Numbered from the stretch's first letter, positions 30,010-44,025 are shown. The stretch is 64,000 nucleotides of DNA from Eledone cirrhosa (GCA_964016885.1 OZ024742.1:251534001-251598000); one strand, 5' to 3'. The notes: generated by a model from the letters alone, not told the origin. Numbers and translations: made by a program.

Positions 30010-30076
30010 CCTTGTCCGACGAAGAATGAGGACGTTTCTTGTATTCGTCTTATTCGAGAAACCTCTGGTAATGAGG
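30010..30076 (+). ncRNA. Type I hammerhead ribozyme (CCGACGA core variant)
   Basis: ccttgt-CCGACGA-long stem II (gaat..gacg/cgtc..attc)-GAAACC-tct-GGTA-atgagg. Confidence 0.65.
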
Positions 30077-30232
30077 TAATTATATATATATATATATATA
30101 TATATAATAAAGTATATATCCCTACACGCAAAGCGTCTAGGGGCACATGTATTGTCCAACCATATGCCAATGTGGTTCAATGGCAGGTTAATAAATTAAC
30201 GAGCCAGAACATATATAATCAAGGTTTAGCAA

Positions 30233-30625
30233 ATAAGAAAAAGTTTCAAAATAAATTTTAAAAAATTAACTGTACTCACTATGGTTACCTTTACCGAATC
30301 GGTTTCGAGTCTCAAAAACAAACGGACAGTCCTTACGGACTGACCTCCCTTCCTTTGCTTCTATCTTTACACACGGCACTGGACGGAATTGATTCCACAT
30401 CATTTATTCTCATCTCGGGAACAATTTTGAATAGCGCCAGTTCGTAATTTGAACTCGGGAATTTTATATTCTCCGAGTGAAAAGATCCTTCTGACGAGAG
30501 TTTATCTTTGCAAAGGATGCCGTATGGACTGTTCGTTTGTTTTTGAGACTCGAAACCGATTCGGTAAAGGTAACCATAGTGAGTACAGTTAATTTTTTAA
30601 AATTTATTTTGAAACTTTTTCTTAT
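30233..30625. mobile_element. Fold-back mini-element (arms 30233-30330 / 30525-30625) carrying a hammerhead
   Basis: aataagaaaaagtttcaaa..aacggacagtcc versus ggactgttcgttt..tttgaaactttttcttatt. Confidence 0.88.
30487..30570 (+). ncRNA. Type I hammerhead ribozyme
   Basis: cctt-CTGACGA-gagt...actc-GAAACCG-att-CGGTA-aagg. Confidence 0.82.
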
Positions 30626-30629
30626 TTGT

Positions 30630-31298
<669 letters not shown>

Positions 31299-31299
31299 C

Positions 31300-32885
31300 G
31301 GTTTATCCAAACTATTGAGCCCTTTGCCACGCATTTCGAAGATTGTGTTTCGTTATTTTGTGGGCCGAAATTCCGATTCTCGATAATTTATTTGTATTTA
31401 TCTCCAGTCTTTAGCTATTGACCAGTTAATTTTATTGATTTTTTTAGTTGATCTTATTGACTGATGAATAGCTCATGTTAATTTTAACCCGTCTGTTGAG
31501 AACTCTAATTCGATATGTGATATATTGTATTTTTACAAATATATACGCTGCCGAATTCATTCGCCTAATATAGGGGTTCCCTCCCTTGCTAAACCCCACG
31601 TGGATTTAGTAACGGGTTCTTCTGTATATTCGAACGAAATGCCTGTTGAGAAAGTGGTTTTCCTCGTTCATCTTTCTGCCAGAAGCCGAATATTTTTTAT
31701 GTAAGCTGACGGTAACTGATTTGGAAAACGCAGAAACCAAAACGCTGGAATTTACCATCATTCTAGCGGGTCCGGGTAAAGATTTTTCATTCATTTACAT
31801 TATTATTTGTCTGACCCGAATTTTCCTGGTCGTTTTTTTCGGCTTTGCGAGTGATTTTAAGCATTGTCTCCGTGTGTTGGTATTTAAACGATAGTTATCG
31901 CTCTGGTTTATCCAAACTATTGAGCCCTTTGCCACGCATTTCGAAGATTGTGTTTCGTTATTTTGTGGGCCGAAATTCCGATTCTCGATAATTTATTTGT
32001 ATATATATATACATATAAATGTAAATTCACCGAGAATCGTATATCGGCTGGTAGAAAAAGCGAAACGAAACGCAAAATCGTAGAAATGCTGGCAAGCGCT
32101 CCAATAGTTAAGAAAACTAGAGCTAAACAATATGTTAAAACGCCATACAAACTGAAAAAGTGGTTAAGAAGGTATTAACCACCTAAGCCAAAAAAACAAA
32201 TCAAGCTAAACAGGTCAAACAAAATAAATGATAAAAACAGACCTGGACCGAAATGGAATTGATGGTAAAATCCAAATGCAGGGTTTCTATGACACCTAAA
32301 TCAATAATACTGTCTGCTTAAAACTATAAGCTTTCAGCATAAAAATCGAACAAGGAATATCACGTTATCAACAGGTAATTTTACTCTGTAACCAACTTTG
32401 CGAGTGACTCAGAACTTTGTAAAGGCACATGCGTAAGTCACAAGAGGAATTTCGCCAGATTTTGGCAAATGAATTCAGTATGTGTATATCATACAAAAAA
32501 TTGCATAGATACCACAAATCGAATAAGCACTCAACCGGGTAATTTTTAAAATAAACTTATGCAATTAATCTGTCAATAGAATTATTAACAGGTTAATTGT
32601 AAGACTCGGGAGATTAATACAAATGTAAATTCAGCGAGAATCGTATTTCGGCTGGTAGAAAAAGCGAAACGAAACGCAAAATCGTAGAAATGCTGGTAAG
32701 CGCTCCAATAGTTAAGAAAACTAGAGCTAAACAATATGTTAAAACGCCATACAAACTGAAAAAGTGATTAAGAAGGCATTAACCACCTAAGCCAAAAAAC
32801 AAATCAAGCTAAACAGGTCAAACAAAATAAATGATAAAAACAGACCTGGACCGAAATGGAATTGATGGTAAAATCCAAATGCAGG
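31300..32885. repeat. Two partial tandem arrays of a ~605-bp unit in opposite orientations
   Basis: 31300-31397 recurs at 31905-32002 (offset 605); 32017-32282 recurs at 32621-32885 (offset 604); the two units are diverged reverse complements. Confidence 0.8.
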
Positions 32886-33308
32886 CTTAGTGGCTAGAGC
32901 ATTGGGCTTGCAATCGAAAGGTTGTGAATTCAATTCTCAGACCGGGTGATGTGTTGTTTCCTTGAGCAAGACACTTTATTTCACATTGCTCCAGTTTACT
33001 CAGCTGTAGAAATGAGATGATAGGACTGGAGTACTGATCATTCCACTGCAAAGTGGTCGTGGAGGTGCCACGGCAAAAAAGCACCCAGTCCACACTGTAA
33101 AGGGGTAATGTAGGCGCCACAGAAAAAAAAGCACCCAGCACTCACTATAAATGAGGTTGGTGTTAGGAAGGGCATCAAGCCAGAATCAGTTTCCGTATGA
33201 GCAAGACAAGGTCAGCCGACCAGACACTGCCCACAACAGGACAACCGTCTAACCCATGCTAACGTGGAAGGACGTAAAACGGTGATGATGATGATGATGA
33301 TGATGATA
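32884..33308 (+). mobile_element. SINE family 2, near full length
   Basis: A/B-box tRNA-like head, tccttgagcaagacactt, RTE-type tail, (GAT)n. Confidence 0.9.
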
Positions 33309-33464
33309 TATAAAGTAGTTATGACAAAAAGCACCCAGTCCAAGCTGAAAAAGTGGATATAAAATGATGAGGATATATAGGTGGGGGGTACCAGTTGATA
33401 TATATGTACGTCTGTGTGTGTGGATATCAAATACTTTTTATGAAATACACTATTTATATATCTC

Positions 33465-35720
33465 ATCATCATCTTTTTTACATCTGCTCTTCCATGCTTG
33501 CATTGGTTGGACAGGTCCTGCTCAGCATGGTATCCCTTCACAGGTCGCATTTCTTTGTCATCTCCTCTTCCAATCTTATTGATTTAAGATCAGCTCTCAC
33601 AACCTCTGCACAGGTCTTTCTTTGTCGTACTCTAGCGTTAGCGTGACTTCCCTCCACTAGGACTTACTAGCATTTCTTCACCTATTCATCATTGCCTATG
33701 CACATCACATGTCCATACCAACACAGTCTTCTCTCCTGCACACCATCTCGGATTCCCCTTAAACCCAGCTTCTCCCACAGTTTGTCCAAACTCTGCCTTT
33801 CTCTTAGAGATAGAGCCATTAAAGCCAAGAGACAAGCAGGGAAAGACTGGAAAAATGGGGGTAGTAGAGATCATTACCAGGCAGCTATGAGAGAAGTGAG
33901 ACAATAAGTATACACATGCTTACATGGGTTGGACAGGTCCTTCTCAGCATAACATCTCTCCACAGCTCTCATAACTTCTGCCCAGGTCTTTCTTGGTCTA
34001 CCTCTACTGGGGCTTCCTTCCACTGGCATTTTCTAGCACTTTTTTACCCAGTGATCAACATCCATGCACATCACAAGTCTATACCAACACAGTCATCTCT
34101 CCTGGACACCACCTCAGATTCCACTTAAACCCAGTTTCTCCTTCAGTTCATCTAAGCTCTGCCTTTTTGTCACATTTACATTGCACATTCATTGAAGCAT
34201 GGTTGCTTCATCTCTCAGTCTATGCATATCTTCTGCAGTCACAGTCCATGTTTCACTACCATGAAGCATTGCACTTTGCACACAGAGGTCATAGAGTTGT
34301 CGTTTTGTATGTAGGGAGAAACCTTTTGTAGTTAACAGTGGGAGTAGCTCTCTAACTTTTACCATCATATCCTTATTCTAGCTATTATACTCTCAGACCA
34401 CCCTCCTCTGCTGCCAATTAAGTCACCTAGAGAGTGGAAGCTACCAACCACATCTATGGACCTTTCCTGTGACTTGAAAAAGTTTATATCACTGACACTC
34501 TTCCCTTCGATTACTCCTGTGCATCTCCTTCTTACAAAGTCTTCCTTTCCTGATAGTCTACCTGTTATACCACCACATCTCTTGTGTATCGAAGCTTTAA
34601 ATTATGTACATCATATGGAATTTATGCATATTCCTTTTCTACATATTGATCAGGGCCATTTCCCTGAAGGAATCAGTATCCTATTATCTCTTCCACATAC
34701 TATCAGTCCTTTTGATTCCAAATTCCGTTTCCATAGTCAGAACTTATTTTCTAGCTTTTTTATGGATTCGGCTATAAGGACCAAATCTTCTGCATAGAGA
34801 CGTTCCCATGGACAGCCAGTTTTAAACTCCTCTGTTATGGCCTTGAGAACTATGAAGAACAGCTGTGGGCTAAGGACCAAAGCTTAATGAACTCCTACCT
34901 GTACCTTGAATTAAACTCACTTCCTACTCTCACTTTACTGGCAGCTCTTCTGTACATAGCTTGTACTGCTCTCACAAGCCATTCTTCTGAACCTAATTTC
35001 CTTAAGGACTACCAGATAATAGATCAAGGTATTCTGTCATAGACCTTCTCTAGATCAACAAAGCTAAATATAGTGGCTTATTCTTGGCTAGGAATGTCTC
35101 TTGTAGTTGCCTCACTAAGACGAGGACATCTATAGTACTTTTTCCATGCATGAAACCAAACTGCATCACATCTAATGCGATCATTCCCTGATTAGCTGCG
35201 CTATAACTCTTTCTGTCCCTTTCATAACTTGGTCCATTAGTTTTATTCCTCTGTATTTGCTCCTTTCTAGAGGATCACTTTTGCCTTTGTAGCAATTTAT
35301 GATTGTACTACTGCGCCAGTCATTGAGTATCACTCCGTCCTGTATTACTTCGCTTGATACATTTAGCCTCTCAGCAACTATCTCTGATGGTCCCGCAGCT
35401 TTACCATTCTTCATCTCCTTGATTACTTCTTTGTCCCTATGCCCATTAACTTCAATAGCTGGTCTTTCTGTTGGGTAAGTTGGGAGTAGTCTTTCTTCTT
35501 CCCATTCATTCTTTGCATTCATCATTCACTCATAATAACATTTCCAGGCCTCTTTCTTTTGAGCATGAGTAGTACTAAGTGCACCAGTGTCATTTCTAAC
35601 ACACTTTTTCCCAACAACATCCCAATTTACACAATGCCTTTAAATGCTGAAAACGTCATGTCTTTAATCCTCATATCTCAAGATATTGGCAAACTTTCTT
35701 TTTCAGCCTCTCTCCGCACT
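33465..35720 (-). mobile_element. Degraded RTE-clade LINE fragments (RT, PHD-like finger, 3' ends)
   Basis: KNGKAAGPS, YRGIKLMDQVMK, FVDLEKVYDRIP, GCPWERLYAEDL; two 3' tails. Confidence 0.85.
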
Positions 35721-36029
35721 GTGTATAATTTCTATACAATAACAAGTATTACCTGCAGTCACTACATATATATAGACAGGTGGGTGGCAACAGTTGATAT
35801 ATACAGATGAATTTGTGGGAAGAGTTAATATATGAATAAATGTGGGATCATGTATGTATATATTAGTCTTAGGTGATCTCTATACATGTGAGGACATATG
35901 TATATATTAATGTATAGATGTTGCATGGCCGAATGTTGAGAAGTTCACTTCAAAATCATTAGTTTACGTGTTTGAGTCCTCTGTTTGGCACCTTATTTAA
36001 ATGTCATTACAATAGCCTCAAGTTGACTA

Positions 36030-36700
36030 ATGCAAAAATACCGACAAAACCATAACAGTTAGGATAGAAACTAAGGAAAGAAACCTCGACAATTTTAAAA
36101 TTAAGAAGCACTATCTATAGACAAAACACAACCACCAATCAATAATAGACTAGAACTCAACACCCAATTTATAACTTGATGGAGCTTCTAGCCCCATATT
36201 TACACACACGCACACACACACACACACGCTTACACCTCCACTTATTCTCTCACACACACACACATACACACACAAAGACCAGTTCTAACACGAGATAACA
36301 TCTATCCCCCACATTTACGTATAGACATATCTTCTCACACTCACACATACACACTCACATACTTACACCTTCATGCATTCTCCCACACACTTAAACAGGC
36401 ATGTACAAAAAAAAAACCTTTTAAAGGGAGACTACTCTTTATCCACCTAACCTAACTCTTTGACATTAGAGATAGAACAGATACTCTATACCATTTCCTG
36501 TCAGCATGACTTGGCAAGCTATTTAGAACACTGGTTTAACCGCTTTACTTCCCTCCGAAGAAGAGATATTATCTCGAAAATTAAGGACATTTAAATAAAT
36601 CTAAGGTAAAAGACTAATTGTCAACAATATCTTTTGCATTTGCATTCTTTATTCTATGTCCATACCTGCATTGTTTTGGCTTAATTATACATATACAAAC
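36030..36700 (+). mobile_element. PLE 3' remnant (end of GIY-YIG, CA-rich UTR, minimal hammerhead)
   Basis: EALSIDKTQPPINNRLE-like end; hammerhead at 36552-36586. Confidence 0.55.
36552..36586 (+). ncRNA. Minimal type I hammerhead (CCGAAGA variant)
   Basis: cct-CCGAAGA-a gagat att atctc-GAAA-at-TA-agg. Confidence 0.6.
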
Positions 36701-36729
36701 GTTTATATATATATATATATATATATATC

Positions 36730-37025
36730 AGACCGAGTGATGTGTTGTTTCCTTGAGCAAGACACTTTATTTCACATTACTCCAGTTTACTCAGCTGTAG
36801 AAATGAGATAATAGGGACTGGGGTCCATATCATTCCACTGCAAAGTGGTCGTGGGAGTGCCACGGCAAAAAAAAAAAAAAAAAAAGCACCCAGCACTCAC
36901 TGTAAATGAGGTTGGTGTTAGGAAGGGCATCCAGCTGTAGAAATCAAGCCAGAATCAGTCCCCGTCCCACCCTTGCAAGCAGGGAAAAAGCGGACGTAAA
37001 ATGATGATGATGATGATGATGATGA
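36730..37025 (+). mobile_element. SINE family 2, 5'-truncated
   Basis: gatgtgttgtttccttgagcaagacact...gatgatgat. Confidence 0.85.
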
Positions 37026-37224
37026 ATATACATTAATAAAATATAATTGTCAGAAGATGTAATAAAACAATGTTTATCACTTGGGCCAAACAAATATAAT
37101 AATAAAGCATTGATAGTAATGTTTTATTATTATTTTATTATACAAGGGACAAGCTGTGTTTTATTACTTTTTCTGATAATTATACTTTTAATATATTATT
37201 CTGTACACTACCAAGAAAACTTAT

Positions 37225-39180
37225 ATGAGGTGTTCTGGCTTGCAAGGCAGTGCGTAAGAGAAAATCATGTAGGGGAGATGTGTGTCAGAGATGGCAGTGG
37301 TATGCTTGGCCTCACTGATTTGGAGAAGAAATGTGTATGAAAGTGGCTTTTTAAAAGACTCTTGAATGAGGAGAATGCATGTAAGAATGTTGGTTTGTCC
37401 CCAAGTAGACCTAACAGAGGGACCATCCATCCAAGTAAGGCAATTAAGGATATGAAGATGGGTAAAGCAGCTGGATCATCAAGCATGTTTGCAGAGTTGC
37501 TGAAAGCATCTGAGATCGTGTACCACATGTTAACCACATGTATTTGTGTCACGCTAAATGACTGGAATAGTAGTAGCTACAAAGATGCATCAACTGCCAC
37601 AAGTACAAGGGAGATGCATTAGACAGTGGAAATTAAAGGGGCATCAATATGATAGGCCAGATCATGAAAGCTACAGAAAGGGTTATAGCACAACTGATTA
37701 GGGATTGAATTAACCTAGTTCAGATGCCAGTTAGAGGTACTACTGATGGCGTCTTCTTCATGAAGTATCAGTCAAGAGTAAACCCCACTATCTGACATTC
37801 GTTAACCTGAAGAATACTGGTCAGAAAATTTCAAACAGGTGTGAACAGGTGTGAACAACCTCTGTTGTTTATCATATTGCAAACTATAACAGAGGAGTTT
37901 AAGAACGGATGCACATGGGAACTTCTGTACATGGATGATCTTACACTAAAAGCTGAATCTATGGTGGAACTAGAAAAGAAATTCCAAACATGGAAGCAGG
38001 GCCTAGAATCAAAGGGTATCAAAGTCAACCTGACAAAGATTAAGGTCTTAGTAAGTAGAAGAGAAAATATAACCCTGATCCCTTCAGGGAAATGGCTTTG
38101 CTCAGTATGTAGGAAAGGTGTAGGTAGAAATTCCATTCACTGCCCCAAATGCAAACTATGGGTACACAAAAAATATAGTGGGATCTCAGGAAGTTTAGCT
38201 AAGAATGCAGGCTTTGCATGTAATGGTTTCACCAGGGCAGTAAGCGGCAAACGACCACAGGAAACAAGCACTACCAAAGTAGACAGCTTCTGCTACTTGG
38301 ATGACCAAATTAACAGCGGAGGTGGGAGTTCAAAAGTACAGTAACCAGGGTAAGAACGAGATGGAAGAAGTTCAGGGAGCTACTACCACTGCTAGCTGCA
38401 AAATGCTTTTCTCTCAAAAGAAAAGGCAGACTGTATGATGCGTGCATACGAACAGCAATGTTACATGGTAGTGAGACCTGGACATTGTGTGCAGAAGACT
38501 TGTGTAGATTAGAAAGAAATGAAGCTTGCATTTTCCAATGGATGTGTAATAGTAATATACACGAACGGCAAAACATAAACAAATTGAGAAAGAGACTGAG
38601 CATAAGAAGAATTAAATGTAGTGTGCAGGAGAGGAGATTACGTTGGTATGGACATGTGGTGCGCAAGAAGGATGACAGCTGCATAAAAAGGTACAGAGTA
38701 CTAAAAGTCAATGGAAGACTTGGAATGGGAAACCCAAGAAGACTTGGGATGTGGTGATAAAAGCTGATCTTGCCAAATTGCACCAGTCAAGGGCGATGAC
38801 ACACGACCATGACCTCTGGCATCATGCAGTAATACAGAAGACCTGACTTCCCACGGGTACAAGCCGAAGCTGAAGCATATAGACAATATGCCCCCCTCCC
38901 TCCCACTGCAAAGTGGTCATGTCGGTGTCATGCCACAAAAGCACCCAGTCCACACTGTAAAGTGGTCGTGTAGGCGCCACGGTAAAAAGCACCCACTTCT
39001 CACTGTAAATGCGGTTGGTGTTAGGAAGGGCATTCAGCTGTAGAAATCAAGCCAAAATCAGTTCTGTATGAGCAAGAAATGGTCACCTGACCTGGCATTG
39101 CCCACAACAGGACAACTATCTAACCCATGTTAGTGTGGAAGAATGTACGTAAAACGGTGATGATGATGAATGATGATGAT
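37225..39180 (+). mobile_element. RTE family B LINE, 3' half with internal deletions
   Basis: GKAAGSS, GCTWELLYMDDL, VNLTKIKV, PHD-like finger, [19 protein letters not shown], 3' UTR + (GAT)n. Confidence 0.9.
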
Positions 39181-39199
39181 ATATATACAAAAGGTGAAC

Positions 39200-39549
39200 A
39201 GAAATAATAAAGCAAACGACACAGTACAATGAAGAAATGTATTATTAGTTTTACTCATGATATAGTAGGAAAAGAGTTTTAATGTTTCAGATGCTAGTCT
39301 TTTATCAGAAAATAGAATGGGAAATCAAAGAAATAGAAAGATTGAGAAGAAAGGCCGGGTGAAAACGAAAAAAATGTCTTTAGATAAAAATAACAAGTCC
39401 ATTCGTGTTGCCATATCTTGGAAAACTGTTGATGCTGCCGTTTTGTGTATGATATACGTTTTTGAAAAGGTAGTGATCAAGCACCTCTATCTGAAAGGGG
39501 AAAAAATTGTTTCATATATAAAGCTGTATGTGTGCACGTGCGTATACGC

Positions 39550-39593
<44 letters not shown>

Positions 39594-39895
39594 TTTTATA
39601 CATCCTTACGAAGCTAAGAGGATATGTGTGTACAGATTTGTGAAGGTAAATATAGAGATATGTGTGTTTTTGTTGATCTGTGATAAGCTGTAAGAGTGTA
39701 TTTTTCTGACCATAAAAGGGCCATAGAACCTAGGGGGTGAATGTACGTGCGCATGTGTCACAACGGACGGGTTAAAGGTGACGGTGGTAAAGGTTACAGA
39801 AGTAAGCTCGAGCATATGTGCGTCCGATTAAAGAAATTGGGGAGGGAGTTGAGTCCATTGGGGAAACTAGTCCCAAGGCAGAAAATCAGACTCTG
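39200..39895 (-). mobile_element. PLE 3' region, same family as 13730-14410
   Basis: Shared aaaaaatgtctttagataaaaataac, tatcttggaaaactgttgatgctg and tcagactctg; decayed hammerhead near 39265-39310. Confidence 0.75.
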
Positions 39896-39939
39896 AAATA
39901 TTTATAAATATATATATTTATATATTTATATATATACTG

Positions 39940-41320
39940 TAGTAAAAGTCTGGTAGAAATATCCAATAGATTGGTTTAAATGTCCTCAAACACACTAAGA
40001 AAGCTACTTTTACACAATTTGACATTATTGACTTTTAGCCCTCGATATCCAGGACCTTAGTTGATAGAGCCCTTGATTTCAATACTAAATTTATTAACAT
40101 AGTTGGTTTGGACTTGTTAGTCATATCCCACTGCAGAGAAATCTTTCTCTTTAGCAATGGTGACCCATGGATAAAAAAAATGCACTACTAACAACCCATT
40201 TGATGTACCAATAGGATCATTTGAGAGTGCCAATATATGCGATCTGGTGGGCCTGTTTATTCAAAACACTATACAGAATAAATTCCCTGACTTCCATACA
40301 GGTCTATATCTCAATGACAGTCTGGCACTATATAGCCATAAAAGTGGCCATGACCTTTAGGAAAAACTTAATCGCTACCTTCAACAGCCTAGGTTTAAAA
40401 ATTACAATAGCCACCAATCTCACCAATGTCAACTTCCTAGATATTAACTTAGACCTACAGACATGCACATATAGACCATTCCACAAACCCAGTGAGAAAC
40501 TTTGGTACATCCATAAGGATTCTAGCTACCCCACTATAGTTTTTAAAAACCTTATTAACAAAATTAGTAAGAGGTTATCCAACATTTCCTCTGGTAAAGC
40601 CATCTTTGATAGGGCAGCACCCTACTATAATTCAGTACTGAGTAACAGAGGCTTCTCCGAAAAAATCACATACTCTCCAAATCGCCATCCTACATTCTAG
40701 TAAGAAAAGATCTAGACATAAAGATGTCATATGATTTGCACCACCTTTCGCACTTAATGTGAAAACTAATGTAGGTAAAACATTCCTATCCTTCACAGAT
40801 CTCCATTTCCCTGTTTCCCATAAATACCGAAAGATATTTAATTATCAAACAGTAAAAATAGGATACTCATGCACTAACAATGTTAAATCCTACATCACCA
40901 GCAAATGCAAAAGCCCGCCACCATACAGATGCCCATGTAGAAGACCAGAAACATGCCCACTAGACCAACAGTGCAACACTCTGGTGGTGATATACCAAGC
41001 AGAGTTTAGCTCTACTAACCAGAGCTTCCAAATTGAAGTCTGGACCTATGTTGCTATGTTCGAGAGCCATTTTAAAAATCGGCACCCAGCTCACAAATCA
41101 TGTATGGAGCCTTAAGAATATCGGCACACCTGGAGGATATTAGAAAGATTTACTGCCATGTTAATGGGTCAAAATTTTGTCACCTTTGTAATTCTGAAAA
41201 ATGGTATATATTCTCACAACTAACTTCAGATAAACACTGCTTTAATATGTGGCTTGATTGCTTTGGCTGCTGTCCTCATGAAACGAAGTATATTGTGAGT
41301 AAATGGTTTAGACCTAACTA
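39940..41320 (+). pseudogene. Degraded Penelope-like RT + GIY-YIG (same type as 26657-28587)
   Basis: FDIIDF, FDVPIGSFESA, VNFLDINLDL, CPCRRPETCPLDQQC, FCHLCNSEK, CCPH. Confidence 0.85.
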
Positions 41321-41692
41321 ACATATCTACAAGATTTACTGACTATTTTTGTATATCAAGGAAATTGGATTCTCTGAGTCAGCCTGAAAAAATTATTTTT
41401 CTTCTATTTTTCTTCAATCTTCACTGTAGTATCACAAGAGTTACCTTCGTTGACCTTACCTTCTTTGCTCATAGCTCTACCCTCCCCACCTTGTTTAACT
41501 ATTTCCAAAATTACCTGCCTTTGTTTAAACTCTTATGATATAGTTCTGAAAGGAAATCACAATCAACCCCAGGTGGCCATCTTTATTTTTATTTTTTTAT
41601 GACAGGCTGAATGAGTTGGGGTCCAGAACCCAACGAAACTTAATTACCAGTTTATATCACTGTTATAATTATATATATACATATATATACAT

Positions 41693-42145
41693 ATCATCAT
41701 CATTTTACGTTTGCTTTACCTTGCTTGCAAGGGTGGGACAGAACCTCTTCAGCACAGCATCTCTCCATTTGTCACAGTCCTTTATCATCTCCCCTGTGAG
41801 CTTCAGCGATCTGAGGTCAGCTCTCACCACCTCCGCTCATGTTTTTTGTGGTTTTCCTCTACTGCATCTTCCTTCTACTAGGATTACTTCACCCAGGATT
41901 ACTTCTTCACCCAGCGGTTATCTTCCATGTGCATCGCATGACCATACCAATGCAATCTTCTCTCCAGCACACTACAGTTTATTCCTCTTATACACAGTTT
42001 CACTCTCAACTCATGCATGCTTCATCGTTCACATATATTGACATTGTACATCCATCAGAGCATGCTTGCTTCATTTCTCTCCACCGCAGTTGCTGCCCAT
42101 GTCTCACTACCATGCAGCATCGGGCATCTCACACAGGCATCATAC
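41693..42145 (-). mobile_element. RTE-clade LINE 3' fragment
   Basis: [25 protein letters not shown]; CAT tail on the plus strand. Confidence 0.75.
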
Positions 42146-42168
42146 TATACATATATATATATATATGT

Positions 42169-42241
<73 letters not shown>

Positions 42242-42336
42242 TACATATATATACATATACATACATATACATACATATACATACATATATATACATACAT
42301 ATACATACATATATATACACATATATATATATAGAT

Positions 42337-42712
42337 ATACGATATTAAACAAATGGAAACTATATTTATAAAACCATATTTATTTCATTATATATATTTC
42401 TGGGATATCATATTAAAAATACCTTAAAATACCTTAAAATAATGCAACTTCCATTTAAATGGAAGTTGCATTATTTTAAGGAATGTCAAATTTATTTATA
42501 AAACGGCTTATATATTGTATTTTGTCTGAGGATGGCATACCATATTTTTAATATGATATCCCAGAAATATATATAATGAAATAAATATGGTTTTATAAAT
42601 ATAGTTTCCATTTGTTTAATATCGTAAACCTACTCCAAAACCTGTTGAGTGCTTTTATATCAGTTATAAAATATTTACTCGTTGTAACCCAACAATTTTA
42701 AATAAAACTTTT
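42337..42712. mobile_element. Fold-back mini-element (arms ~42337-42421 / 42543-42625; inner hairpin 42432-42481) with hammerhead and 3' extension
   Basis: tacgatattaaacaaatggaaac.. versus ..gtttccatttgtttaatatcgta; TA-bounded. Confidence 0.88.
42520..42581 (+). ncRNA. Type I hammerhead ribozyme
   Basis: ttttgt-CTGAGGA-tgg..atatt/aatat..cca-GAAA-tatata-TA-atgaaa. Confidence 0.65.
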
Positions 42713-42766
42713 GCATATATAGATATATATATATATATGTGTGTGTGTGTGTATATACATATATAT

Positions 42767-42805
<39 letters not shown>

Positions 42806-42809
42806 CTAG

Positions 42810-43300
42810 ACCTGAAAAATGCGCAAGCTCAAAAGACCCACAGAATGTTATAATAAACCTTCAAAAGTGTGGAACTAGAGTTGTTGCTCAAAAATATTGT
42901 AATCATTATCTATCGTACACTCTGTAGCATCCTTTTATAAAAATGAGACTCATAACGAACTCAAGACGACATGATAATTATTTAAGCTAATGTTCAATAT
43001 CTCATATTAGATGTTTAGTAATGATTAATACGAAATGCACTTAAACCGAATTCTATATTATAAATTCACTTAAATAATTATCGCGTCATCTTGAGTTCGT
43101 TATGAGTCTCTTTTTTTATAAAAGGATGCCACAAAGTGTACGATAGATAATGATTACAATATTTTTGAGCAACAACTCTAGTTCCACACTTTTGAAGGTT
43201 TATTATAACATTCTGTGGGTCTTTTGAGCTTGCGCATTTTTCAGATCTTGTTTAATATTTTTTTAAGGCAACGCTTGTAATAACTCTAGTTAAACATGAT
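42810..43300. repeat. Fold-back unit (arms ~42810-42985 / 43070-43247) with right-hand extension
   Basis: ctgaaaaatgcgcaagctcaaaagaccc.. versus ..gggtcttttgagcttgcgcatttttcag. Confidence 0.92.
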
Positions 43301-43705
43301 ATATATTAATAATAAATTATCGTTGTAATGTAATTAGATTATATAATTGTTATTTTATAAATGATCTTATAAATATGATTGTAAGATGTATAAAAATATT
43401 TTCAGACTTTTAATATAAACAACTACAAAAAACAATCAATATTAAATAAATATATTTTACATAATAATTGTTATAGTTGAATTAATAAAAATTAAATATT
43501 ACATACAAATAGTCTAACATAATAATAATAAAAATAATCTAACATAATAATAATAAAATAATCTAACATAAAACGAACAATAATATGGACAAATATACAA
43601 GTAAATATGATACAACCAATATTATAAGCATGTTATAACGAACTGAAAAAAAAATAGTTAATATAAATTTTAAAAAATCATATATAAATTAACAATATAA
43701 CTTAC

Positions 43706-43845
43706 CAAAATGAGAAAAATATTTTGATGATAAACGACGAAATACAGGAGGAAGATTCGAAAGCGAAACGATAAATAAACGTGCAAACAAAGTGGCGGAT
43801 GCTTTTAAGCAACAATTACTCTGATTGGTTGATTAGCCAATAAGA
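43706..43845 (-). promoter_or_regulatory. Possible host promoter and non-coding first exon
   Basis: Two CCAAT boxes (43824-43828, 43837-43841), CpG-containing pyrimidine-rich stretch, and TG|GTAAGT donor at 43706/43705 on the minus strand. Confidence 0.3.
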
Positions 43846-43963
43846 CGATACATTACAAAAGATGTTTGGCATGGATCACCACGGTCAGCGAAACCCCTTG
43901 AAATTGTTATTCACAAGCTACGCATATATGTCAGACATGCAGACTTAAAACATTCTGTTGCAT

Positions 43964-44025
<62 letters not shown>

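Noticed and set aside
32884-32945. tRNA-like sequence
   Set aside because: Head of SINE family 2, continuing into the SINE body; incomplete cloverleaf.
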